Positions 1 through 8,810 of a stretch of DNA of 64,000 bases are shown in pieces. A program made the translations under genes and the position numbers. The DNA is taken from positions 1 through 64,000 of the forward strand of contig JANRJP010000052.1 in NCBI GenBank assembly GCA_033763905.1, in the 5' to 3' direction. The DNA is from Gemmatimonadaceae bacterium. GTDB lineage: Bacteria; Gemmatimonadota; Gemmatimonadetes; Gemmatimonadales; Gemmatimonadaceae. The notes beneath the pieces are model-generated. The model made no database searches. It was not told where the DNA came from and worked only from the letters and a program-made list of their open reading frames with translations. The number at the start of each line of letters is the position of its first letter. Position 1 is the first letter of the stretch.

Positions 1-2114
1 GGGAGATGACGGTCGAAGTGTTGCACGAGTTTGCCGAGCAGGTAGCGCGCGTGCGCTGGACGAGCCGTCCAGCCGTGTGTCGCGCCTGGCGCAATGACGA
101 GATCAAAGTCCTTGCCGCGTCGCATCAACTCTTCGGCAAGCATCGCGGTGGTCTTGAAGGGAACCACATCGTCCATCAATCCGTGAATCAGCATCAGGTG
201 ATCCTGTAGCCCGCCTGCGGCGTGAATGGCGCCGCGCGCAAACGCCTCGGGATGCGTCGACGGCTTGCGTGTAATCGCCACGTCGTCACTGCCGAAGAAG
301 CGCGGCTCCACCGCCGCTGCGCCTGCAACGCCCGCGACAAACATTCCCGGACGCGTGAACAGGGCGTACACCGTAATGAGCCCACCGTACGACGATCCGA
401 AAATGCCCATTCGCGCCGTGTCCGCCCAGGCGGTGCTGCCCAGCCACCGCTTGGTCGCTGCGAGGTCATCGAGATCCCGCCGGCCCCACTCCACCAGGAA
501 CTTCTCGCGGAACGCGCGACCGTACCCTGTGGAGCCACGCACATCCACCTGAATGACCGCGTACCCGCGCTGCACCAGATGCTGCTGCAGCAACCCGTAG
601 GTCCCGCCCCAGCGATTGCGCACTGTGTTGGAGTACACCGGGCCGAACACCACCGGCACGCGGGCGCCGCCTCGCGCGGCGGCGGGTAGCCACACCTTCG
701 CGTGCAGTGTGTCGCCCGCGTCGGCGCCGACGAAGCGCACGTACTCTGGCCGCACGAGTCCGAACCCTTCCAACAACGGTCCAGCCACCACGGCGACCTC
801 GGCACCACCGGTCGCGGGCACCACGTAGAGCCCAGGCGGCGTGACGTCATCGCTCACCAGCGTTGCCACCGTGCGGCCATCGGGCGACACGAACGGGCGA
901 TGCACACCAGCGCGCGACGTCACCTGTACCGGCGCGCCGCGTCCACTCACGCGCCACACGTGCCGTTCACTCGGGCGCGGCGCCGACGACACATAGAACA
1001 CGTCGCTCCCCGCAGCCACCGCAGCGCCGTCCACGTCGCTCGTGGCTGGCGTCAGCGGACGAGGTACGGAATCGCCGGGCACCAGCGAGTACACGCGATA
1101 CCGATCGTCCAGGTCGCCGGTCAGCAACAGCGCTGAGCCATCGGCGTTCCACGTCGACGCAATCGCGTTGTAGATCCGGCTCTCTCGGCGGTCCCGCCAT
1201 ACCAGCCGCGGTGCCGTCGGTTGCTCACGGGTCACCAGATGCACGGTGCGCTCGATCGCGTCATCGGTCTCGCGATCGATCAGCAGCACCCCGCGCGACG
1301 ACCACGCGAGTTGCACGATGGCACGCTCTGTCGGTTCGGGGAGCGGCACGTCCGTCATCGCACCAGACGCGACGTCCACCAACGCCACGCGCCGTACCTC
1401 ATTCACGTCCCCGGGATACGAACGACGCAACTCGTTCGGCTGCGTCTCGGCGCCGAGGTAGTACGGGAATGGCACTTTGCGCACCGACGTGCGGTCCACG
1501 ATCTGCACGGCCAAGGTGCGGCTATCGGGATGCCACGCCACCGACGGCGCGCCGGTAGCCCACGTCGCCGCGCCAATCTCGCGGTCGCGGCGCGCATACG
1601 TCCCCAAGCCGGCGGTCGATGGTCCCGCGATCGCGAGCGTCGTCAGGCGCCGCGCACTGCCACCCGTACTCGGCACCGTGTACAGGTCGCCATCGCGCAA
1701 GAACGCGATCGTCGTGCCATCCGGTGAAAGCACCAGCGACTCCGCGTCGCCGACTTCCGCGAGACGCTGCTCCGCGCCATCGCGCACCGCAATGCGCACG
1801 AGTGCGCTCCCCCGCAGGGCAAGCACTGCCTGCGCCGAGCGGTCAACGAGCAATTCGCGCGCACTTGCCGCGTCGCTACCGATCGCGCGACGTCCACTCC
1901 CGTCGCGATTGGCAATCCACACTCGACGCACACCGCGCCCGGCGCTATCCCAGGTGAAGGCGAACCATTTGCTGTCGGGCGACCACTGCGGCGCACTGGG
2001 CAGGCTGCCGGTGACGCGACTCGGGGTGGCGACGTGGTCGAGGGTCAGCGACTGGGCAGAGACGGCCGCAGGCAGGATCGCGGCGGCCAGCACGAAGGGG
2101 CGAGCGGTGCGCAT
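1..2114 (-). CDS. S9 family (DPP-IV/prolyl oligopeptidase-like) serine peptidase, secreted; 3' end runs off the window
   Basis: Absent from the ORF track because it has no stop inside the window. Read manually: ATG at 2114 gives MRTARPFVLAAAILPAAVSAQ (signal peptide), then PQWSPD propeller-type segment, an in-frame nucleophile motif GIFGSSYGG near 380-410, and LIHGLMDDVV...ATHGW acid/His motifs. Confidence 0.9.
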   Translation of the reverse strand, partial: MRTARPFVLAAAILPAAVSAQSLTLDHVATPSRVTGSLPSAPQWSPDSKWFAFTWDSAGRGVRRVWIANRDGSGRRAIGSDAASARELLVDRSAQAVLALRGSALVRIAVRDGAEQRLAEVGDAESLVLSPDGTTIAFLRDGDLYTVPSTGGSARRLTTLAIAGPSTAGLGTYARRDREIGAATWATGAPSVAWHPDSRTLAVQIVDRTSVRKVPFPYYLGAETQPNELRRSYPGDVNEVRRVALVDVASGAMTDVPLPEPTERAIVQLAWSSRGVLLIDRETDDAIERTVHLVTREQPTAPRLVWRDRRESRIYNAIASTWNADGSALLLTGDLDDRYRVYSLVPGDSVPRPLTPATSDVDGAAVAAGSDVFYVSSAPRPSERHVWRVSGRGAPVQVTSRAGVHRPFVSPDGRTVATLVSDDVTPPGLYVVPATGGAEVAVVAGPLLEGFGLVRPEYVRFVGADAGDTLHAKVWLPAAARGGARVPVVFGPVYSNTVRNRWGGTYGLLQQHLVQRGYAVIQVDVRGSTGYGRAFREKFLVEWGRRDLDDLAATKRWLGSTAWADTARMGIFGSSYGGLITVYALFTRPGMFVAGVAGAAAVEPRFFGSDDVAITRKPSTHPEAFARGAIHAAGGLQDHLMLIHGLMDDVVPFKTTAMLAEELMRRGKDFDLVIAPGATHGWTARPAHARYLLGKLVQHFDRHL

Positions 2115-2167
2115 CCGTCCAAGCTATCGCGCGCACCGCCACTTCCCGACCCGTCTCGCCGTGCGGC

Positions 2168-3403
2168 TCAGCTCCCCGGCGATGGCGCCACGCGCCAGAT
2201 CTCGCCCGCGTCGGTCGCGATGTACAGCGCGCCGTCCGGCCCCTGCGTGAGCGCGCGGTAGCGCACCGACGGCAACGCCGCGTTCTCGTTGGCGGTGGCG
2301 TTGCCGTCGGTGTTCAGCGTCAGGATCACGAGCCGCTGTCCGCCCATAATGCCGACGGCCAAGCGGCCATCCCACGCCCGCCACTGGCTGCCCGACAGAA
2401 AGGCCGCCGGGCCCATCCCCTGCGAGGAAGAGTTGTTGTTCCACGCGGGCGGTCGCGCCTGCGGAAAGCGCGCCAGATCCGTCATCGGCATCGTGGTCGT
2501 CGACCCGGCATAGCCGCAGTATCCGTCGGGGCACGTCAGCGCGGGCCGATTCTGCGGATCCCAGCCGCCGTTGCTCCCCGCCTCGATGCGTGTGACTTCA
2601 TCGCTGTGGTTCGGGCCGTGCTCCGACACATACACCCGGCCCGTGCCCGGTTGGAAGGCAATACCCTGCACGTTGCGGAATCCGTAGGCGAAGATGCGCG
2701 CGTCGAAGCCAGCCGGCGCGTTGTTGCCCGGGGCCGCCGCGCCGTCGGTCGTCACGCGCAGCACCTTGCCGCCGAGCCGTGTGGGGTGCTGCGGCAACGG
2801 CCCGTCGTGGTTGTCACCAGTGGTGATGTACAGGAATCCATCAGGCCCAAAGCGAATGCGGCCACCGCTGTGTGCCCCGGCGCCGCCGTTCGCCGTCGAC
2901 ACATCCTTGAACGCAATGTCGGTGACGATGTCCACGCGATTGCTCGCCACGGTGAAGTCCGCATTGAGCTCCAGCCGCGCCACGCGGTTGGTTCGCGGGT
3001 TCGTCGACAGGTTCGACGAGAAGAACACGTAAATGCGTCGATTCGTCGCGAACGCGGGATCCAGCGCCACGCCGTGCATTCCCGTTTGGCCCAGACAGAA
3101 GAAGTCCGGCGCCACCAGCGACGATCCCGTCGTGCCGAACAAGCGCACCACCGTCCCGCTGGGCTGGCGCACCGACAGTCCGGCGCAGCGCTCGGTGAAG
3201 AACATCGCACCATTCGAGGCGAAGGCGATGTCCCAGGGATTGGACCGGCCGCTGAGCACCGTCGTCCGCGACAACACCGGCGTGTCGGTGGCCGGCGGGG
3301 ACGTCGGCGGTGCGTTCGCTTCAGCGGATTCACATCCGGTGATGCAGGTCACGCTCGACGAGAGCGTGAGCACGACTCGGCGGAGAGAGTGGAGAGGCAT
3401 CAT
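2168..3403 (-). CDS. PQQ-dependent sugar dehydrogenase (glucose/sorbosone dehydrogenase family), probable lipoprotein
   Basis: Motifs PWDIAF, HSGGRIRFGPDGFLYITTGD, GKVLR, YGFRNVQG, SEHGP; lipobox-like ITGC. Confidence 0.88.
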   Translation of the reverse strand: MMPLHSLRRVVLTLSSSVTCITGCESAEANAPPTSPPATDTPVLSRTTVLSGRSNPWDIAFASNGAMFFTERCAGLSVRQPSGTVVRLFGTTGSSLVAPDFFCLGQTGMHGVALDPAFATNRRIYVFFSSNLSTNPRTNRVARLELNADFTVASNRVDIVTDIAFKDVSTANGGAGAHSGGRIRFGPDGFLYITTGDNHDGPLPQHPTRLGGKVLRVTTDGAAAPGNNAPAGFDARIFAYGFRNVQGIAFQPGTGRVYVSEHGPNHSDEVTRIEAGSNGGWDPQNRPALTCPDGYCGYAGSTTTMPMTDLARFPQARPPAWNNNSSSQGMGPAAFLSGSQWRAWDGRLAVGIMGGQRLVILTLNTDGNATANENAALPSVRYRALTQGPDGALYIATDAGEIWRVAPSPGS

Positions 3404-3467
3404 ACGCACACCCTAGCCGCGTCCACCCGCCGCGCGCTATCACGCGGCGGGTGGTCCTAGCGGACCG

Positions 3468-4370
3468 TCAGCGGAGTGCGTCCGCCAGGAAGCGCTGCAG
3501 TTGCTCGTGAAACCACGCGGGCTCATCAAGTTGAATGAAGTGATACGCCGCGTCGTGAATGGCGATCGTCTTCTTTGGCAGCCCGGCGTATTGGTCCGCC
3601 AGCATCCGTTCGACGTTCTCCCGCGTCTGCCCGTACGGCTTGTACGCCACCCACGCGTGCAGGTTGAGCACAGGGACCTGCACACGGGACATCGCGGGCC
3701 GCAGGTCCGTCGTCATCAGCTCGTAGTACGCCTGCCCCGACAGTCGACGGTCACTGCGCTTGCCCATCGCCCACACCTCGGCCATCCGCGAGGTGTCGCG
3801 CAGCATTTGCGCGAGGGCCATTCGCGTGTTGGCCGCGAACTGCGCGGAGTCGCTGCGCTGCATCCCGGTGCGCATTTGCATCGCCATCGGTCGCACGCCG
3901 TCCGCCGTGGCGGCGGGCATCGTGGCCGCCGGCAGAAACGGCAGCCCGTCGACGTTCACGACGCCGCCGAGCAGTGTCGGTTCGGTCTGCGCGATATCGA
4001 GCGCCAAGAAGCCGCCGAGCGAGTGCCCGACGATCACCGGTCGATCGAGCTTCTTGGTTCGGATGTACTGAATGATCGCCGCGCGCCACACCGGGAGCGC
4101 TGCCGAGTCTGCGGTGGCCGGCTGTCCGTCGAAGCCCGCCAGCGTAAAGACGTGCGTCTGATACTTGCCGCCAAGGCTGGCGACCGCGTCTCGCCAGACC
4201 GCGCCACCGTTGGTGAAGCCGGGAATGAACAACACCGCGCGGCCACGGCCGCTGACTTCCACGCGAAACGGCGCCGCCGACTCCTGCGCCAACGCCGAAG
4301 ACCCCACGCCGCTCAGGGCGGCGCCCAGTGTGAGCCCGAAGGCCAGAGTGTGTAGTCGCATACGTGGCAC
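3468..4370 (-). CDS. alpha/beta fold hydrolase with signal peptide
   Basis: GHSLGG nucleophile elbow, FIPGF oxyanion region, C-terminal HFIQLD His motif. Confidence 0.85.
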   Translation of the reverse strand: MPRMRLHTLAFGLTLGAALSGVGSSALAQESAAPFRVEVSGRGRAVLFIPGFTNGGAVWRDAVASLGGKYQTHVFTLAGFDGQPATADSAALPVWRAAIIQYIRTKKLDRPVIVGHSLGGFLALDIAQTEPTLLGGVVNVDGLPFLPAATMPAATADGVRPMAMQMRTGMQRSDSAQFAANTRMALAQMLRDTSRMAEVWAMGKRSDRRLSGQAYYELMTTDLRPAMSRVQVPVLNLHAWVAYKPYGQTRENVERMLADQYAGLPKKTIAIHDAAYHFIQLDEPAWFHEQLQRFLADALR

Positions 4371-4405
4371 TACGGCGTGCCCCGGCCGCGAGTGTCAGCG
4401 CACGA

Positions 4406-4933
4406 CTAGGGCAGTGGCGACATCGCCGTGACGTCCATTGCCCCGACGCCGGCGACATTGCCGGTCACCAGGCGTCGATGGTAGTCGAGCTGCCCCAAGT
4501 GATACGCCACGTGCGACGTGAGATGCTGCAGGAAGCCGCGTACGGTGTAGCTCGCACCCGCTGGTAGGGCGCCGGGCCACGGTGCATCGGGATCCACGGC
4601 GTGCAACGCCGCAAAGCCGTGCGCGACGTCCGTCTGCGTGCGCTGCAGTTCGTCGACCAGCGCATCCGGACTCAATCCCTGCGACGTGAATTCTAGGTCG
4701 CGCTGGCGAATGTACCCCGTGCCGCCCAGCACGGCGCCCACGAAGTGGCGTAGGTTTCCCGCGCAGTGCTGCACGAGCACGCCGCCGGTGTTCGGCAACC
4801 CGGCGACAGCGCGGTAGAGCGAGGCGGAGTCCGGATAACTCGATACCTCCCGCTGCATCGCGGCGAGTTCGCGGGTTAGCGCCGCGTACGCCCATTCGTA
4901 GTGGGGCGGCACGTGCGGTGGCGGAGTTGGCAT
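4406..4933 (-). CDS. DinB/DUF1572-like four-helix metal-binding protein
   Basis: NTGGVLVQHCAGNLRHFVG, RQRDLEF and HLTSHVAYHLGQLDY His pattern; start placed at ATG 4933. Confidence 0.8.
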   Translation of the reverse strand: MPTPPPHVPPHYEWAYAALTRELAAMQREVSSYPDSASLYRAVAGLPNTGGVLVQHCAGNLRHFVGAVLGGTGYIRQRDLEFTSQGLSPDALVDELQRTQTDVAHGFAALHAVDPDAPWPGALPAGASYTVRGFLQHLTSHVAYHLGQLDYHRRLVTGNVAGVGAMDVTAMSPLP

Positions 4934-4956
4934 AGTAATGGCGGGTGACTGGCGTG

Positions 4957-6030
4957 CTACGAGCGCTGTGCCGCCGCAAAGGTCGGTGGCACGACGATGG
5001 GACAATTCACAATGATTCCCGTGCCCTGCAACTTCGCGATCGTGCGATTCGGCGCGCCGCGCATTGCCGGCACCAACCGGCCCGCATCCAACGCGTCACG
5101 TGCATCGGCCCAACTCCAAATGCGCTCGCGGCGATTGGCGGCGATTGCCCCATCCGTCCAGCGGACCAGGTGTAACTCCCAGACCGGCGAATATGCCGTC
5201 CCCGAGCGGGATTGCGGCGGGTAGGTGTCGAGCACATTCAGCGGCGGCAACCCGTCGAGCAGCGCCGACGACAGGCCTTGTCGCTCCGGCGCGGTGGCGC
5301 CGGTCTCTCCGTTCGTGACGGCAACGATGCCCGCTCGAGCGGCGCTCCCTGGGGCACTGCGCTCCGACGGAATTGACGCGAGTACCGGCGCGAAGGTCGC
5401 GCCCTCCATTGCCGCCACGCCAGCATCGGACGCGTCCGTGCTGATGTACCACAACACCGCGCCGTCGGCGTACCCGCGGGTCATTCGCACGGTGGCGACT
5501 CGGCGCACCGTATCAATGCTGAGTACGCGATCGAGTTGCCCCGTGCGATGCGCCACGATCGGCGCGTTCACCACCGTACCATCCAGCAGTTGCACGTAGG
5601 GCGAATATCCAGCGGCGCCGATCGATCCCGGGGTGGCCTCCTGCGGTGGGAATCCGCTAGCGCCGCGCGTCACGCGGCTCGTCGGCGAAAAATCGACGCC
5701 CGCCGAGTACTGCACGCCCTCGCCGCTGCGCGCGCCGAGCTGCACGCCACTCGCCCCGCGCAGTGCGGCAAGCCGCGGAGTCCACACTGCGCCTGAGCGG
5801 AGGGCGTCCGCGCTGTCCGAGGACTCCGTGATCAGGTGCCACACCCGGTCGGCGCCGACGAATCCGGCGAAAATCGGCAGAGTCACTTGGCTGGCCACAG
5901 TGTCCGCAGGCGAGCGAGGACCAACCACGGCAACGGGTGCTGGTGTGGCAGACGTCGTCACCGCGTTGGTCCGCCCGCAACCAACGGCGGCAGCGAGGGC
6001 AACGACACGAACGAAGGTGTGGGATCTCAT
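4957..6030 (-). CDS. Hypothetical lipoprotein with an internal two-fold repeat
   Basis: Start MRSHTFVRVVALAAAVGC (lipobox); repeated YSP...VN[AC]PIV units. The longer ORF-track start overlaps the tRNA and is rejected. Confidence 0.7.
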   Translation of the reverse strand: MRSHTFVRVVALAAAVGCGRTNAVTTSATPAPVAVVGPRSPADTVASQVTLPIFAGFVGADRVWHLITESSDSADALRSGAVWTPRLAALRGASGVQLGARSGEGVQYSAGVDFSPTSRVTRGASGFPPQEATPGSIGAAGYSPYVQLLDGTVVNAPIVAHRTGQLDRVLSIDTVRRVATVRMTRGYADGAVLWYISTDASDAGVAAMEGATFAPVLASIPSERSAPGSAARAGIVAVTNGETGATAPERQGLSSALLDGLPPLNVLDTYPPQSRSGTAYSPVWELHLVRWTDGAIAANRRERIWSWADARDALDAGRLVPAMRGAPNRTIAKLQGTGIIVNCPIVVPPTFAAAQRS

Positions 6031-6086
6031 TAGGGAGCTATCCCGCCCGCCGGCGTTCGGTTCGCGCCGAGCGCCCCCTGAAACGA

Positions 6087-6121
6087 CCGACGCCCGCCTC
6101 GTGGAACGAGGCGGGCGTCGG
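6087..6121 (-). terminator. Intrinsic terminator after tRNA-Phe
   Basis: Perfect inverted repeat ccgacgcccgcctcg / cgaggcgggcgtcgg followed on the minus strand by TCGTTTC. Confidence 0.75.
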
Positions 6122-6131
6122 AGCGAACAAG

Positions 6132-6204
<73 letters not shown>

Positions 6205-6344
6205 AGAGACTGGGAATGATAGCCACCCAGACCCACTGCTTTCAACCGGCCCCCCTCCCGCCCGAACGGGTAGGTGCCGATATTCAGGACTATAACAGTC
6301 CGATTTCCCGATCTCGCGGCCCTGCCGCCCAGCCTGAGTCCCCA

Positions 6345-6545
6345 ATGTTCAACGAACTCTGCGACGAGCACGAAGACCGCCACGCGATGCAGGTGATCAA
6401 CCGCGCCACCCTGGCCGTGGTCGTCTGCTTCCTCGGCTTTGGCGTCTTCGCCGTCAGCACCCGGATGGGCGCCGATGCCCCGCCGACCTCGGTCGCCTAC
6501 GGGACCGAAGCCCCGCACCCCACCTCGGCCGTCCTCGGCGACTGA
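6345..6545 (+). CDS. Small single-pass membrane protein (66 aa), hypothetical
   Basis: MFNELCDEHEDRHAMQVINRATLAVVVCFLGFGVFAVS..., GC3-rich codons, one hydrophobic helix. Confidence 0.6.
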   Translation: MFNELCDEHEDRHAMQVINRATLAVVVCFLGFGVFAVSTRMGADAPPTSVAYGTEAPHPTSAVLGD

Positions 6546-6549
6546 GCGT

Positions 6550-6957
6550 TCAGCCCAGCGCGGGGGGCTTCGATCCGTGTGACACGCGGATGATCGACTT
6601 GACCCCCCCGCGCACGTTGAAGTCCCCTTCGATCAGCATCCACTTCGGGGACACCACGGCGACCAAGTCGTCCAGAATCCGGTTCACGACGCGCTCGTAG
6701 AAGATCCCGTCGTTCCGGAACGACCACAGATACAGCTTGAGCGACTTGAGCTCAACGCACTTCGCCCCCGGCGCGTACGAGATGTTGATCGTCGCGAAGT
6801 CGGGGGCGCCGCCTTCCAGCAGCTTGAGTTCGGCCGCGTCTGTCTCGATCCCGCCAATGGGACAGAGCGACGTGAACTCCGGCGTCGTCATGAAGATCTC
6901 GTAGTCCCGGTCGGGATACGGGTTCGGAAACGTCTCGAGCAGCTCGGGCTTCGGCAT
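6550..6957 (-). CDS. queF: NADPH-dependent 7-cyano-7-deazaguanine reductase (preQ1 synthase, short type)
   Basis: LETFPNP, PEFTSLCP, PDFA, ELKSLKLYLWSFRN, FYE, FNVRGG. Confidence 0.93.
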   Translation of the reverse strand: MPKPELLETFPNPYPDRDYEIFMTTPEFTSLCPIGGIETDAAELKLLEGGAPDFATINISYAPGAKCVELKSLKLYLWSFRNDGIFYERVVNRILDDLVAVVSPKWMLIEGDFNVRGGVKSIIRVSHGSKPPALG

Positions 6958-7152
6958 TGGGGACAATCTAGCGGGACAGCACCCGACCATTCGGGTGGGA
7001 TTTCGTAACGCAGACTTTACAGCGTCGGTCCCGCGCCGTAGCGTCAGGAATCGAAAGGTTCGGCGCGGTTCTTTTTGGGACCCGCCAATGGCCGTCGCGA
7101 GAACGGCGTGACGGCCCCCGCCCCCCGGGATTCCCCGGGGGGCACTTTCGTT

Positions 7153-8088
7153 TCAGGAGGGCTCGCGCGTCGAATGATCGCGCAGTCGACGGCTCTCGTC
7201 GTCGAGCAGCGATCGCTCGTCCGACGTGAGTGATCCCATCCCGTGACGCGCAATCTTGTCGAGCACGCGATCCACCTCTTCGCGCCGCACGGGATCGCGC
7301 GACGCCGAGCTCGGGCCGGTGCGGCGCACGGTGCTGAACAGCGCGCGGCTCTTGGCCACGGCATCGTCACTCTCGCTCCGCGGCTCGCGCGCCCGCTGCG
7401 TACCGCGCGGAATCGCACGGGGCGGCTCGTCGGGCACGTCGGGGGCCGTCTCGACGCGCGAGCGCCAGCCCGTGGCATTGAGTCCAGAGACGCGCAGATA
7501 CAGCCACCCGGCCGCCAAGCCACCCAGATGGGCGAAATAGCCCACGCCGCCGGTCCCGCTGTCGAATACGCCGCTCGCCAGGTTGATCACCACGAGCGCC
7601 ACGACGAACCAGCGCACCTTCATCGGCAGCACACCGAACAGGTACACCTCGTCGTCCGGCCAGCGCGACGCATAGGCGACCATCACGCCGAGCACCGCCG
7701 CCGACGCCCCGATCAGTCCGCCGTTCTGCACCAAGGCGAAGTGCGCCGCCCAGCCACCGAGCCCGCAGGCGAGATAGAACGGCGTGAACGCGCGCGATCC
7801 CCACGCGTGCTCGACCCGCGGGCCGAACATCCAGAGGCCGAACAGATTCAGCGCAATGTGCCAGAAGCCGCCGTGCACGAAGGCATACGTCAGCGCCGTC
7901 CACCAGCGCGACGGAAACAGCCCCGGCGTATAGCCCAACCAGCTCGCGACATCGGCCGGCTGCACGATCGTGACCTGCAGGAAGTACACGAGCACGTTCA
8001 CGACGATGATCCCCTGCACCGCCGGCGTCATGCGCGGAGCCTCGGTGGGATCGGTCGTCGTGAAGCTTGGAGCAGTGGCGTGCGGCAT
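7153..8088 (-). CDS. Rhomboid family intramembrane serine protease with C-terminal soluble domain
   Basis: TYAFVHGGFWHIALN, GASAAV, AHLGG; C-terminal EVDRVLDKIARHGMGSLTSDER tail. Start is 8088 or 8031. Confidence 0.9.
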   Translation of the reverse strand: MPHATAPSFTTTDPTEAPRMTPAVQGIIVVNVLVYFLQVTIVQPADVASWLGYTPGLFPSRWWTALTYAFVHGGFWHIALNLFGLWMFGPRVEHAWGSRAFTPFYLACGLGGWAAHFALVQNGGLIGASAAVLGVMVAYASRWPDDEVYLFGVLPMKVRWFVVALVVINLASGVFDSGTGGVGYFAHLGGLAAGWLYLRVSGLNATGWRSRVETAPDVPDEPPRAIPRGTQRAREPRSESDDAVAKSRALFSTVRRTGPSSASRDPVRREEVDRVLDKIARHGMGSLTSDERSLLDDESRRLRDHSTREPS

Positions 8089-8135
8089 TTCGGCGTCAGC
8101 GGGGGGCGAATTCGCAAACTGCCCCGCCGTGCAGG

Positions 8136-8810
8136 CTATCGCAATCCAGCCGGCGGCGGGACGCGCAGCACGAGCCGCACGTCGGGGTGCGTCGCGCTGA
8201 CCTGTTCCAACAGGGTCGCCCAGCGCCGATCCAGCGCGTTGGGCTTCTCTCCTAGTATCGGATGAACGACCACTTCCGTTCCCGGCGCCTGCGTCCGCAC
8301 CTGCTCCACCGCACGCAGCATCACGGCATCGGGCACGTCGTCCTTCGGCGACATCACAAACACGTGCCGCAGCCCCAAATCGGCCGCCGACTTCAGCGTC
8401 TGTGCCTGGCGCTCCAGCGCCGCGTCCCCTTCGGTCAGGGTGGTGTGCACCTGCAGCACGCTCAGGCCCTTGGCACCGGCAAAGCTGGCCACGCGCTCCG
8501 GCCGCTGCCCATCGGTGTCGAGCACCACCGGAAGCTTCACGTCGAGCGCGGTGAGCACCGTCAGCAGAAACTCGCTGTTGCCGATCGGATCCCGCCCCGT
8601 CACGGCGATCGAATGAATCGCCGCGCGGCTGCAGATCCGCGTCAACTCCTTCACCAGCGCGCCGGCCGTATACATCTGCGCCGTCTCGCCCTCGGTGGCG
8701 AAGCGAATGAACGCCTGGCGCCGACCGGTCATCAGGCCCTGCGGCTGAATGCCGCTTGGCACGCCGGCAAGCGCTGCGGTGGGCTGCGTGGTGGTGGCCG
8801 AAAGGTTCAT
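8136..8810 (-). CDS. QueE/NrdG-like protein lacking the radical-SAM cysteine motif
   Basis: GIQPQGLMTGRRQAFIRFA resembles QueE SIQGEG..GRRQIFIRF; HSIAVTGRDP resembles TGGEP; LDTDG resembles LETNG; no CxxxCxxC. Confidence 0.65.
   Translation of the reverse strand: MNLSATTTQPTAALAGVPSGIQPQGLMTGRRQAFIRFATEGETAQMYTAGALVKELTRICSRAAIHSIAVTGRDPIGNSEFLLTVLTALDVKLPVVLDTDGQRPERVASFAGAKGLSVLQVHTTLTEGDAALERQAQTLKSAADLGLRHVFVMSPKDDVPDAVMLRAVEQVRTQAPGTEVVVHPILGEKPNALDRRWATLLEQVSATHPDVRLVLRVPPPAGLR

Noticed and set aside
7040..7068. SRP (4.5S) RNA, because of GTCAGG...GAAAGG
   Set aside because: It lacks the conserved CAGGTCCGGAAGGAAGCAG helix-8 pattern; kept only as an unassigned structured RNA candidate.
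6958..7150. preQ1 riboswitch upstream of queF
   Set aside because: No recognisable preQ1 aptamer or A-rich tail on the minus strand, and a -10-like TAGATT 7 nt before the ATG suggests a leaderless mRNA.
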